DNA of 64,000 nt, taken from NCBI GenBank assembly GCA_964035545.1, contig OZ037766.1:27387673-27451672 (forward strand), given 5' to 3'. Positions 47,383-64,000 of the stretch are shown in pieces (within the stretch, counting starts at the first letter, position 1; each line of letters begins with the position of its first letter). This stretch comes from Bugula neritina (taxonomy: Eukaryota > Animalia > Bryozoa). Below the pieces are notes generated by a model. That model had not been told where the DNA came from. It did not search any database and saw only the letters and a program-made list of their open reading frames with translations. The translations under genes and the position numbers were made by a program.

Positions 47383-47717
47383 CAGGGGTGTCCAACTTTG
47401 GAATATTTAATGTAGATGGCCACATTGTAAAATTCAGCTTGAGCTGGGGGCCACAGCATCAACAAGTTTTTAGTTACTTTGTTCTAAATTCCTATGAATC
47501 ATTGCTCAATGAAGTATCAATAATTGCTGCAAGTTGTATATTTTTTAGCATATATATAAAAATAAGACATTCAAAAAGTGATTTTTCCACTCTAATTCAC
47601 ATCTGTTCGCAAAATAATTTTCTATTTTTTATCTCTTTGGGGGGGGGGGGAGGCACATAAATGCAGTCTGCATGGTGAGCTGCGTTTGGTCTTTGGGCTG
47701 CCTGTTGGACAGTCCTG
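47383..47717. mobile_element. Old hAT (Charlie-like) MITE
   Basis: Termini CAGGGGTGTCCAAC ... GTTGGACAGTCCTG; degenerate 8-bp TSD CATTAGAA / CATTATGA. Confidence 0.6.
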
Positions 47718-50700
47718 CATTATGAAAATAGCAGAAGCTGTGCATTGAACAATTAATTGATACAAATTATAATGAAAAGCTATAGTTCAGTTACACTGAA
47801 AGATTAGTAGAAACTTCAAACAACATAGGACATAATAAATTACCCATCTTCTAGCTATAAGTATTAAGTAGCAAATAAAATGTTTTTCTTACGGTACAAA
47901 CTTGAAGTATTTGTAGTATATAATACAATATGTTACAACACTATTTTAGACATATATAGACTGCATGTTAACGTCTTTTGACTGCAACGTACAGCAAATT
48001 TATTTCTTTGCTTTAATTGTACTTTACCTGTGTTAGTTAGCTTTTAGTAGTATAATTAGAAGTAAAGCAATTGCACTATAAGTAGAGTACAATATTGCAA
48101 ACTATATTAATTTAGTCATAATATAATAATAGCATAACATAGTAATACAGTGGCAATTTAGCAATATTCTATATATTAGTACTGTATAAAATATAGCAGT
48201 ATGTTCTCCAAATATAAAATATAACAGTTCAGAGTAATATAGTAGAACAATAATTATAGTAATATATATGATAGCATATCATATAGTACTACAATATATC
48301 AGATTATAGAGATATGGAAGTGTAATATAGTAAGTTATATTTATATATGTTACTATATAGTAGCATATATAGCAATATAATATAGCAATATTATATAGGA
48401 AACGCATAGTGTATATTATAGTAGTATATAATATGTAAGGATATGGCCTAGTGTAAAATAGTAGTGTTAGAATTCTAATAATTCTACTTGTAGTACATGA
48501 ATGTCTCATGACGTTACCTCGTTATACTCTCATACCTATATTTCTTTTTCTTCTGGCCCAAACCTTGCTAACACCAAACATGCAGGTATAAAGTATAATA
48601 GTGGCCGATTATGCATACAATGCTGCGGCTAGCACAAACAGCAGCAGCTAGTATAATGCCTACAAATCCTATTTCTACTTAGTACTTACAGTCATACATA
48701 CAAGCTGCAAGCTAATTAACATGAAAAGCATTTAGCAATAAGACTGCTATGTGTTATGTTGGGAGGATAAATCAATAGTTATAATGAATGGTAGCTATTG
48801 ATACAGTTTTATAATAACTTTAAATAGTTTGTACAACAGTTACTTGCATGAGTTAATGCTTAACATAGTAGAGTATACTGTACAGGCTAATAAAATATAT
48901 AGATGCATGCTTGGTCAAACCTTTAGATCAAATTTTGAAAATTTGTATATTTTCATAGAAAGAGATTAGAATACCTTTTCATGTATAAATGTAAATTCAA
49001 TAACGTTTATATTTCAAAAGAGAAAGACATTTTTTATGTTTTGTAGGAAAAACAGTGTTGAAATATAGTATGGCTTACTAAAATTGAATACAAATTTAGA
49101 GAGCATATCTCCTATCTCTACAATAGTCAGTATATAACAAGATGCTGCCTTCGTTACACTTATTTAGCATTAATGGCAGCAATGACAGCAATGATGCATA
49201 ACTGCCATTGGATGGCAGCGTATACGGTCTAATGACAGCAATAATGGTATACATGTAGATACTATCTCCAAGTGTTTTTTTACTGACATTTGAAAGCTTG
49301 CATATTTTATGTATATAGATTGTTGTGCCATTTTGAATAGTTTGGAATGGAATATAAATGTGTCTTTACTGTTGTATGAACTCAGAGTGTATAGGTGTCA
49401 AGGAATCAATATATTGTCACCATTGACTAGTGTTAAGCATTCTGGCCTCCCTATATATAATTGCTCAGTTGTCGGTGGTTTATTGTTTATACTTCCAAAC
49501 TGCTTAGATAGACTATATACTATATAGTTGCCAGAGTAAAACAACGTATAGTCATAATGCTGTAATATATCTTAAAGCAACTTTACGATGCATAATCCCA
49601 CTGTGCAACCTAAGAAAATGGCTAACCAACCCACTTAATGAAACAATCTTAATATAAATACTACAACCTAAAGCATTGGGCAGTGTATATTCTAGATAAC
49701 TTTGTTTTCTTTTAGTTTTTAGTTCCTTTTTTTGAAAGCTTTCTCCATTCCTGGGCGCTAGCTTTGCACTAAATTACAGAGGTGAAAGCTTGAGAGTCTA
49801 CCTTTGCACCACTACAGGCTAGGTAGAAATTTGGTGCCACTTGGTCTTTAGTTACCGTCTGCTTTCTTAAAATCCAAATTTTGTTTGCATCCTGAAAAGT
49901 TTCTCCATTTTTTTAGCAGTTTTTTATGCTATTACATAACAAATTTTGTAAGAATAGAGATGCTAAGACTACATCTTTCAGAACAGTAATTATTATGCAT
50001 TTCGAGGTAATTTAGTCTAAATATAACAAGCTCATAAAAAACCTCACAGTTTGAGTTTGTTGAGCTCTTCTCACTATTATTTGTTGCTACCGGGTGCCCA
50101 CGCAGTCATATGATGTGTTGGAATATATAATTATTTTCTCTATAAAAACCCTGCCAGCTTCAAAACTTTTAGGCTGAATATTGGCGTTAAAGATGCAGGA
50201 AAATGTTGTAATGTTGCTATGATTGATGATGGGCATTCCGTTAGGGTAAAGTGGGAAGTTATATAGATTCTCTGCATGCAGCTGGATAATGTCATGCAGC
50301 TACCCACTGTGCTATTATGCAATGTCCCTAAAAAGCAGGCTTTAATTCTTCAAAAGACTAAAAATAAAAAGTTCATTGATGGAAATAGTTCAAGTGGTTA
50401 TATATATAGTTTGAGTTTTCATAATCCTCTAGTTTTCTGCAGCATAAAATTCATGGTAAGTCCACACACTATGACATGTAATAGGTAATGTTAATGAAAT
50501 CTCAAAAACTTTCATGTTGGTGTATTTTAGCTCAATCATAATTACCAAACTATTTTTATAGGCTCCCTCCCAATAGTTTTGACAAATACTTGAACTCTCT
50601 ATTAAAACCAGCTGGTAACTATAGCTGAATATTTTAGGACTTCAATTTCAGTTGTTTTCATTTTTAGTTTAGCAACAAAACTATTAGACTAGCCGATATT

Positions 50701-53209
50701 GATAACAATAATTGGGCCTAAAATGTTATAATATATGGCAATTAAAACGTAAATAAATTAATTCAATCTGTGACATTTGTTTGAATGAAATGTATAAAGT
50801 CATGCTTATGCATATATACCAAACCGGTTTGCAGAGCAATAAAATATGCTTTCATTTTTTCCTGTGTGGAGAATTGGAAAATTTTGTTATATTCACAAAA
50901 TATTCATGCAAAATCTGACGTGCTATAGACTCTATTTATAGCACTTATTTCAGGTTCTTATAGTAGCTTACCAAACATTATAACACACATTGCATTAACT
51001 TATAGCTGTTGTATAATATTACATTTAGCACTATAGGGAGCTTCAAAATGTTTACCATTAGGAGTGCTTAAGGAGTTAGAAGCTTTTAAAATAAGCATGA
51101 TATAAACCTTTTATGTTACATTATTCAAATATATAGTTTAAACATTCATTCATTGTTGTTTCTATAATTATTTTTATATGAGTTAATCTTGAAGATGAAT
51201 AAAAAAATACAATTTTACAAAATTTAAAGCAAACAACAAAGAAAATATAATAATAGTAGAACTTTAAGATAATACTGATGATATTAGCTTTTAGCATGCA
51301 GCATTTGCAAAAAACAACGCCAAGTCCTAATATACTAATGTGTAGTATATATAGTAGCAAAATATGCACGATATGTATATATACCCAGAACTTTTCAACT
51401 TTGCAGATAAAGATGTTGCAAAAGGTTTTGAAGCTGGGTTGCTATTTTTGATAAGCCCGGCATTGGTAGAGCCTTTGTTTCTGATAACACAAAAAAAGAA
51501 AAGTATAGCCAATAAGTTTTTGGGTAGCTTTATAGGTGTAGGACTAGCAAAAGTACAAGCAGTGCTAATTACTATCTTTAATAGGGATGTGGCTCCATTT
51601 GGTAATGACCTCAATCAACAAGTGGTATTGATTTGTTGATACCAAATAAACCTATCTTGACCTAAGCCAGGTTCTATGTCTAAAATAACAACAATACAAA
51701 ATAATTTCCTTTTTGTCTCTGGAATTTGGCAAAGTTTTTTATTTTTCACCTATTTTTAAAACATTATGGCAAATTTACTGCTAAATTACATTAAAAAATG
51801 TATGGTTATAACTGCTATAAAAGTTACATATGCCTGTGTGTGCCGCATTTCCCAGGATTGTTATAACGTAGAGACATAACGGCAGTTTGTGATTAATGAG
51901 ATAAAATGAATTTAATAATTTAAAGGCATAAAAAACAATGTGGAAAGTCAAAAAAGCCAATGATAAAATAATTTATATTGATGTTACTGCAAATTTAAGG
52001 AATGTGGAAGTGATGGCTTTTGAGTGGTTTTCGATTTATCACTTCCAAACAACATTGAATTTGATTGACAGACAGGCACTGCAGGTACTCTAAAATAGTG
52101 TCAAGTCATACTTCAAAAATTTCAGCCAATTAATCACAGGTAACAGAAAAATAATTTGGCAAAAACTTTAGTAACTAATAAAAATAATTTGGCAGCTACG
52201 TGGATTGTGCAACTGCACATCTGCCATTTCTCAACGTATTAGGATTTTTGTTGGTATGGTATATTAATAAAGGAAGTAAGGGTAAAACGACCATCCATCT
52301 ATTTATGTTTTGTATAACTAGTTAAACATAAACTAAAATATTAGAATAGATGAATTAGACCTAAAGTAGTGTAATATATGCAAACATAAAGTTAGACTGG
52401 ATGTGAGAAAAAGTTTGCATAAATAGACAAACCGGCTTATATTATTTGTTATTATTTTTAAAACTCTACTTATAGTTAAATATATACACCTATTATATTA
52501 GTATAGCTGTTTTTACAACTAGAGCAAAGCTAGTATTCATGTTTGTAATAGATTTGATAGTAGAAATTAAACTGCATACCAACTGATTAAACAACTTTTT
52601 TCCTTTAAACAGAGGGGAAAGGCTGAGCTTTTTCATTAATATTAAACATGAATATTGTTTTCTTCAACAAGTAACTTACTGTAAAAAAATGAAAAATTCA
52701 ATTAGAAAAACGAATAGATTATGTTATTGCAGCTATAACAGGTAAATGAATTCAACTTTACTTTAGGCTTAGAAGAAAACTGTTAGCAAGTGCTTTTTGT
52801 AAAGCCACCAATAAGTTAAATATTCTGCTTGAGCTCCAACATGGTATACCTTCAACCACCAAGCTCTGCACGTACACAATTATAAAGTAATGTTATAACA
52901 ATAATGATTTATTTTGCTTGCATGTATACCAAATTGTCAGAGATCAAACTGTGGTATAAATATATATTATTTATTATAAAGAAAGTGACACAGCTTGTAA
53001 TTGATGGTGCCATGAAAATATATAACACTGAATATATATAACTAATTAACAACCTTGGCAGATGTTCTATTCTAAAATTATATAAAGATATAATGCTTCA
53101 GCAACCATGAATAAATGTACCTACAGATTTTAAGTTATGCAGCTTTTTGTCGTATGGTAGTTCAGATATTTGATTAATGGTGAACTTGCTTCCTTAAAAG
53201 AAATATATG

Positions 53210-53289
53210 GGCGGGGCTTGTAACAGGTATATAAACAATGTCATCTTGTAGAAAGTATCATTGGTTTGTTCCCTCATCAACATGTAAGT
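53210..53289 (+). promoter_or_regulatory. Putative promoter (GC box + TATA) and non-coding first exon of the chitin-binding gene at 53755
   Basis: GGGCGGGGC, then GGTATATAAA (53226-53236), then a short segment ending in a GTAAGT donor. TATA and donor are conserved in the duplicate at 58961-59023; acceptor TTGTAG lies ~20 nt before the ATG. Confidence 0.6.
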
Positions 53290-53754
53290 AAATCCTAAGC
53301 TTCATAGTTTTATATTAGATTTTATTAGTTGAACCTTTGAGACACACTTTCGAGGTTGACATTAGCGCTGAAGCAAACCATGCACTCACTTAGCATAACC
53401 ATTTTTATATATATAATGTTTACATATATTGTGTGATAATATATATATATTTTTTGGTTGTATTATATTGTCCTTTTTGCTAGAAAATAGCATGTTTATA
53501 TTTTATTAATTTAGCTCTGCATGTCTGTTGTGTTGTATAAGATTCTATGTTTACTCTAACTAGTTACTCTATAAAAAATTTACTTTATACAAACAAATTT
53601 TTAATAATAATTTTTTTATACAGCTTTAAGATTTAGCATTAAATTTTTTTACAAGTTATAGTTAGTCTATGCTATATATTGCACACCTTGCAACATATGT
53701 ATATGCAGTGCAATATTTTATTTATTTTCTTGTAGCTCTTGACTACCTAAAAAC

Positions 53755-54885
<1,131 letters not shown>

Positions 54886-57800
54886 AATGTAATGTTTTCT
54901 TTGTGTGCACCACATTGGGAAATATTTTTTAACTTTTTTCAAGTTACATATGTGCAGGCGCATACCAAATATTTCAATAAAATGCCATGCGAAGGTTACC
55001 ATGTGTGAAATATATTGGGTGAAGGTTAGACCAAAAATCAAGAAGCCAAAACCTGAAATCTATATGACTACATTATGTTAGTGTTAGCCTAACACCACAC
55101 ATCAAAAAATGAAATTGTTTCTTCACAGTTTCACATATAACAAAATATTTCAATAAAATACCATGTTGAAAGTCGTTATATGTGTGAAACCTTTCCTGTC
55201 AAGGTTACATAAAAACGGACAGGCTACATCTTCGAACTTATATGGCTACATCATATTAGTGTTAGTCTAACACCAAGCATTGAAATTATGAAGTTATGTC
55301 ACTGCAGAATAGCACGACTGTCAAATTGAGCTGTGTGTATATAGGGCCTAATTGTTTATACAAGTTTTATATTATGAGGATGTGTGGAAAAAACTGCTCA
55401 TTGGCCAATCATATCACTGCTCTTCATCAATCGGCAGCTAGATAAATTTTCAGAATTGGTAATTTGCTATAATTACTCCTTTACTATAACTGATTCAAGT
55501 TACTATTATAAGTAAAAATTCTTATATTTGCAACTAAAAGCAACATAGACATACTAAAAACTTTCAAATGTAAAAAGTGGCATTTATATAATAATTATGA
55601 CCATCAATTTATGTGATGAATTGATAATATATGTAGCTAAATTAAATCACATTATTATACCTATAACTTTTATGTATAATCCAAATTACATCATAAATAT
55701 GTTACAGCTGCAGTACACAAAATATATTTATACATTTTGTTTATGATGAACTGCTTAAATATTGCAATTTAATTTGGCAAGCCAAGGCTATGCTATATTT
55801 TAATATTGCAATTGATTATTATTGCCAATTATATTTTTCTCATTCAATTTTACTTCTTTTGTCTAATTCAGAGTATTATAATCTAACGCAGCATGCAGCA
55901 GCAGATAAGCAAATCAACTGCATGTTTATCTATACTGTACATGCAAGAGCAGGCAATACTAGAAGTCATAGCTCAGCTCATCAAAATATTCTGTGTCTAT
56001 ACAACAAAAATATTTTATATGCAATCAATGTCTGATTACCGCCTAAGGTTTCAAAATTATTAAACTTTTGTGGCATAAACAAATAGTTTTATTGTTATAC
56101 ACTGCAGTTTCCATAACAATTTTAGACACAAATCTATACAAAAAAAGTTTAAAGTGAAAAATACTGAAAGTGCTGGTCACATATAAATCTCATATATAGT
56201 ATTTATCATGTATAGTTAAACTTCAGCTGCAATAATACAAGATACGTGGCTATCTGTGAAAGGCTTTAACACAAACAGCCAGTATTTTTTTGATTTAAAT
56301 TTGTGCTCAAAATTTCTATATTTAGTATATTGGTTACTTTTCACCTGGTGGCAGGTTTTATGTTTGGTATATATAGCATTGATATTTTCAAAGAACTTCT
56401 ATATGAGGTGGTATTAAAAATGTTGATATAACATTCTAATTTTTTAAATGAAGCTTAAATTAAAATATTGCTTTTTGTAGAGTTTGTGATTACTGCACTA
56501 TTCCTTTATCATGCATAAAAAAGACACATGTTTTGGCTTTTCGATCCTTATATTTTTGAATCTATATATCAAATTTGATTAGTTGTCAAAACAAATATAA
56601 TATATTAGCTATAGAAGATGAAGCATCCTATAATAACAGTTGTATTAGCTAAATATGATGCTACTGTTGAAGCATTACTTTCGATTTGCTCATATTTTCT
56701 TCTTGTGATATTTATATAAAAAAGTATTAGCATAGGTGGGTATTGCTGGTGATGTAGACTGATAACTAAAAACAACTTTGTTATACAGCCTGATAGATGA
56801 ATATAAAAATAGCCATTTAAGGTGGTATATAGCGTAAAAATATATATTATTATTACTGATGCACAGTGCCAGTAGACTGACCATAATTCACTGACTTGAC
56901 TTAAAAGGTAAAAATTTTAACTTCCAAGCCAACCCTGTGATTCTAAGCTATGCGTTACAGCAGCTAAAATAGCATACAATAAAATATAGTTATAATTAGT
57001 ATAACTTTTATAGATGTAGCAGTAAAGCCAAAGTCTCTGAGAAACATCATCTGCAAGCTAAAAGAAATCTCAAATCAATTCAGCACATATGAGACCAAAG
57101 TTCATTATGAAACAAAGTTGTTCAATCATACAACCTTCAAACAGTATGTAGGTGTAAGCTAGTTCAGAAAAGAATATTTTAATACGGGATTCTTCAAGCA
57201 GGATCCTACTAGTGCCATCAATAAAGGAACTCTATAGCCTACATCGATATTCGTACTTTATAACTGGGCTAATTCATTTGGTTAGAACTATTAAGAGAAA
57301 TATAATATATTATGATTAATGTTTTAGTTGTCAGACTAGCTGCTGATATGCGTTTGCAGGTCATAATGATTAATGATTTTTTTAATTTATACTTTTTTGA
57401 TATCTTTATTGTAATTGATTTTGAGCCGCAAGTCACGTGTCAACCATGACGTGCATATTGTATTGCTATATTCACATTTGGAATGTAAAATAATAAAATA
57501 AAGAAATAACTAAACCCAAAGCTGCCTTGACCTTTGAACTTCTTACGAAAATAAGTTGACTTTCATATATTATTGTACTAATTATTGTTTCGTCCTTCTA
57601 GCCAAAGAAATATGGACAGTCCACTATACAGCCTGAACTGTAAGTTTGATAAGTTCAATATATGGTTTTTTTTGATAGTTATGTATGTATATACACTTCA
57701 GTTTGAGCACTGCAGCAATATGTCAAAATCAACAGCATTGCTGCAACTTTATTTTTTTATTGAAAGCCTATAAGAATTATACTGGGCGCAGGAAAAGAAA

Positions 57801-59570
57801 CCCCACGCTTTTGAAGTGACCATTGAGGTTCAATGGCACAGTTGAATATTGTTTCACGCAGATCTTCAGCATTGCAGAGTTCCAATTGTGCTACAATAGT
57901 TTTAAAATCATAAAACATTGTTATATTATCTATATTCTGAAAACTGCTCGATCATAAAACTTTTTTATTGTATTTTAAAATGAATATTTGTCGAAATTTT
58001 ATAAGATGTGTACTGTAGCATACACTTGCAGAAACAATTTACCACAAAAGTACACAACTTTAAGGAAATTTATTCGAGTATATACTGTATATACATACAA
58101 CATTCAACATGTTTGAAGACTGAAATCTATGAAAACTATAACTTGGTTACAGGTTTTAGATGTAGGTAACTTTCTGAAATACATTATCGTAATTAGTGCA
58201 AGGTATAGACACATATACAGGAAATGTTATAGCTGTGTATAGCCACAATGTGATTAGAGCAATTTATCTTTAGTTTCATTATGAAGTTACATCAGGTATT
58301 TTACAAAACAAGCCTTTAATATAAACAATCAAGTAAAATGTAGCTGTTTATTTAGTAACCAAATACATACTAGTATAATGTTTTCTATAATGACATACAT
58401 ACACATGCAGAGACACCTTCAAACAAGAGACACAAAATGAAATAGCAAATATCTACATATATAACTTATATATACATGCAGCTACAGAAACTTTGTATAT
58501 AGCAGTATAGCACATATAACCATATATAATGACTTTAGGCTTATAGAAAAAACTATTAGGGGATACTTTTCATTATAGAGCCATCAATAAATTGATCTAC
58601 TGGGCTTCCATGAGTCTGTCAATGTGATATGCCCTCAACAAACTGCTTACTCTTAGTAAATTTTTCACAATAATAAACTATTTTAGTTCTGAAAGTGTCA
58701 GCGATCAAACTGTGGCATAAATATATATTATTTATTATAAAGAAAGTGACACAATGTGGAATTGATGGTGCCATGAAACTATGTATCACTGAATATATTA
58801 TATTACTAATTAACAACTCTGGCAGATTTCATGTTCTAAAATTATATAAAAATATAATGCTTCAGCAACCATGTATAAATATACCTGCAGATTTTAGGTT
58901 ATGCAGATTTTTGTCGTTTAACGGCAGTTGAGAGAATTGATTAATGGTGAACTTGTAACAGGTATATAAAAATGTTGTCTTCTAGAAAGTATCATTGGTT
59001 TGTTTCCTCATCAACAAGTAAGTAAATTATAGTAAGTCTCATTATAGTTTTATATTAGATTTTATTATTTGAATCTTTGAGACACTTTCGAGGTTGCCAT
59101 TTGTGCTGAGGCAAGCCATTTCACTCACTTAGCTTTTTCATTTTTACATATATCCTGTTTAAATATATTGTGTGATAATGTATACTTTTTGGTTTTATTG
59201 TATAATTAATCACCATTTATTGCTAAATAATTACATGGTAATATTTTATTATTTTAGCTCTGTCTGTTGTGTTGTATGAGACTTGATGTTTACTGACATA
59301 TCCAAATGCTTGTATTATAAATCATGTAAATTATAGAAATGTTGCTTTATAACAGTTTTTTAATATAAGTTTTTTTCTATAACTTTAAGATTTAGCGCTA
59401 AATTTTGTCTTTTTACAAATCAGTTACGATTAGAGTCTATGCTTTATATTTTATATTTTGCCACATATATACAATACTTTATATTTTTCATAGTTTTTTT
59501 TATTTTTTTACATCATGCTACGTATGCAGTGCAATATCTTATTTATTTTTTGTAGCTCCTACCTAAAAAC

Positions 59571-60674
<1,104 letters not shown>

Positions 60675-61380
60675 AATGTAATGTCTTCGTTGGGTGCACC
60701 ACTTTGAGAAATATTGTTTTATTTTTTCCATGTTCTATATGTGCAGGCACATAACAAAATATTTCAATAAAATACCATGTGAAGATTACCATATGTGAAA
60801 TTTATCTTTAGCAAATAAAATCATATGTTTGCAACTGAAAACACGTCATAGACATATAGCCCACTTAAAACTGCAGTCTCAAAAATAGAATATTAATGAT
60901 GATTGACAATTATTTCATGTGATAATTAAAGGATTTGTCCGGAAGTTATATCACATACCTATTTTTATTGTCCAAATCATATCATCATAAATATGTTAAA
61001 GCTGTGCACAAAATAATATTTTAGTTTGGAAAGATTATAATCAACAGTTTAAAATTTGTAATATGATTTGGCAAGACTGGGTAAATTGTAATATTTGCGA
61101 TCAAATATGGTTTCTAATTATATTCTTGTCTAAGCCAATTGTATTTCTTTTGTCTAACCTGGTGTATGATTATTTAACACAAATTGCAGCAGATAAAAAA
61201 ATCAGTGTTTTATTTATACTGTATGCAAGAGCACGCAATATAAAAGCGCTTAAAAGTTTTGGCTGCCTGAGTTCATTAAAATATTCTGTGTCTCTATTTG
61301 TGTATAGCAGAAATATTTTTGTATGACTACCATCTGAGGTTTCAAATTTAGGAGAAGCTTGAACTTTTGTAGCATAAAAT

Positions 61381-61456
61381 AAACTTATTGTGAAAACTGC
61401 AACACAATATTGAAACTATAGTTTCAATATTGTGTTGCAGTTTTCACAATAAGTTT
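61381..61456. repeat. Perfect 76-bp spacerless palindrome
   Basis: AAACTTATTGTGAAAACTGCAACACAATATTGAAACTA|TAGTTTCAATATTGTGTTGCAGTTTTCACAATAAGTTT. Confidence 0.92.
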
Positions 61457-64000
61457 GAACGCGGAATTTCTTTTTTATACCAAATCTATACCAAAGAGTT
61501 GTATAGGATGTCACATGCTGACAAATACTCAGAATTTTCACATTCACTTTATATTATATAGAGAGTATTTTTATAATTAAATATCAGTTGCCATAATACA
61601 AAGTACACATGGTTATATCTATGAAAAGCTTCTAAACGGATAGGCTGCACTTTTTTATTTAAAATTGTTTTTAAATGTTTTTGTTTAGTATAACAATTAT
61701 TGCATTTTCAAAGTACAGCTATATTTGAAATGAGCCATTAACACTTTTGGTATAATAGTGTTATATTTTAGTTAAGGCTTAAACTATGGTGTTACTTGTA
61801 GAAATTGTTACCTATACTGGACTACTCCTTTACTAGGCTATCTAAAATATTGCTAAGGTTATAGAAAAAGTGCATGCGTTGGTTTTTTTTGTATTTTTTG
61901 ATTTATCAGATTCAAGTAAGTGTCAGAATAAACTATATATTAACTATAGAATATTACATGTCAATTTTTCGAATCCATATATCCTTAGCAGTGTTTCAGC
62001 TAAATACTATTCAAATACTATTCAACTGTTGAAGCATTGCTTATGATTAACTGCATTCTCTGCTTGTGCTGTTTATTTAAAACAATTAGCATAACAGAGT
62101 GTTGCAGGCTATGTAGCCTAATAACTAAAATAACTTTGTTATGCAACCTAGCTGATAGCCTATACTTGAGCATGAACCTAGTCATTCTAGATAATGTGGC
62201 AAAACACTATAGGTATATTATCATTTCTAAGTTCACTAATGCACAGCGACAAAAGTTTGACCATAAACCCTGGATAATTGCTGTAGGTCTCATCTACCAT
62301 ATAGCAGCCCCTAGGTTCCAAATATAAATGAAAATTATTGTCATTACTATTAATAGAAAAGCTATGCACTAGCTTAATGTTCATATTTCATAACTGCTGG
62401 GTCAATTCTTTTGTTCAAAAATATTAAAAGAAATGTATATATATATAATGATGAAAGCTTTAGTTGACAGGCCTTTCAAGATGTGTTAGGTCAAAATGAT
62501 TGATAACTATTTTTTAATTTATAGTTTTCCTATTTTTATTGTAATTAATTTTGAGCCACAAGTCATGTGTCAAGTGACGTACATATTGTATGGCTGCATT
62601 CACATTTGGAATGTAAAATAATAAAATAAAAAAATAACTAAACCCAAAGCATTTTTTAGCTATTTGAACTTTTAATGAAATTATGTTGACTTTTTCTTAT
62701 CATTCCGTCATTTTAGTCTTTTGCTTCTAGTTGTACTCATTCAACATCTAGCCAAAGAAACGTGGTTGGCACTCAAGCTTCAAGCGCTCTTAATTGTTAC
62801 AAGTCATAGCTAATAACTTTTAAATGCTGTCATTTAACTGGCAGTGTTTCAAAATGTTAAACTAACTTCAAAGAAAAGGAACTCTGCTATGTTCTCCACA
62901 TATTAGAAACTGCCCATGACACTATATTTTATTGTGCAGTAATTAAAATTATGTTTCAAAATGTTGAAATAGTTTCAAAGAGAAGAAATTTGACTATGTT
63001 CTCTAAATATTGACAACTGCTCATGTAACGCTGTTTTATTGCGTTTTAAAACTGCAGTATTGTATAGAAATATGAAAGCATAGAAAACAAGTTATCTTAA
63101 AACTATTTGCTAAAATGTAACAACAAGTGGCCATGGCATACATTAGCAGAAACAATCTATTATACAAAAAAATATATACAACTCAAAAAGTATAGCAAAA
63201 GCCGGAGTCTTTGCTATACCTATAAGAAGTATAGCAAAGGCGATGTATTTATGTATATACATGTAACACTCAACATTCTTGAAACTCTTGAAAAATAACT
63301 TGGTTACAAGTTTTAGATGTAAGTAAATTTCTACATTTAAGTTTTCAAAACTAGTTTAAATTAACCAGGCGCAAATAGGTATTTGAAAGTACGTATTATA
63401 TATTATTTAGCCACATAAAAGTGTGTATATATGTTTATTTTTTGGTAATTTACTAAGTTTTGTTATGGGTTTTACAGATAAAAGTCATTTAATATGAATA
63501 ACAAGGTTATATGCAATTGTTCATTCGGTGACCATGTGCATATTAATTTTCTGGTTTCCAATAATATGCATGTGCATATACAAACAGAAAAACAAAAAGC
63601 ACGAAATAAAATACTAAGCATTTGTGAGCTATACAGCTTCCAAAGTCATGTATAGCAATATAGCATGTCATATAGCCACTTAAGGCTTAGAAAAAGCTGT
63701 TAGCAGATGCTTTTCATAAAGGCACCAATAAATTATTCTGCTAGTGTTCCACAATCTGTTGTCATTATGATATCCCTTCAACAGAATGGTTGTTCTCGGT
63801 ATACATTATATATACTTGTAACGCAAGATTTAAAAAAAAAAAAATCATTTCAAGTATGAAACTTTCAAAAATGAAGCTTTATGGTATAGATATATATTAT
63901 TTGTTATTTATATGACACAGTTGGAATTGATGGTACCATGAAAATATGTTATGCTTAATTTACTAATTAACAACTCTGCCAGATTTTATGTCCTAAAATT

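Noticed and set aside
48040-48500. Tyr/Ile-rich ORF at 48279-48509
   Set aside because: Low-complexity (ATAGT/ATATA)-type degenerate simple repeat.

Overview
AT-rich, intron-containing animal genomic DNA. It is probably from a lophotrochozoan invertebrate; the secreted NHL-propeller gene type is reminiscent of bryozoans, but that is inference only. The window is dominated by a family of at least five spliced genes for secreted proteins, built from 13 copies of a divergent chitin-binding type-2 (CBM14/peritrophin-A-like) domain with a consistently rearranged cysteine pattern. Three lie on the minus strand at 2.6-25.6 kb, including a 12-exon, 6-domain gene with (GPTA)n mucin-like linkers. Two lie tandemly duplicated on the plus strand at 53.7-60.7 kb, and a third duplication unit starts at the right edge. 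Between the two arrays are a BHMT-like homocysteine S-methyltransferase gene (+), a secreted NHL-repeat beta-propeller gene (+) with a decayed paralogous exon upstream, and an SLC16/MCT-family transporter (-). Repeats include a decayed Penelope-like (Naiad-type) retroelement next to a 1.2-kb (GT)n tract, several non-autonomous DNA transposons/MITEs, tRNA-derived SINEs, LINE 3' stubs, microsatellites and three perfect palindromes. All gene models were built by eye from GT-AG sites and reading-frame continuity.
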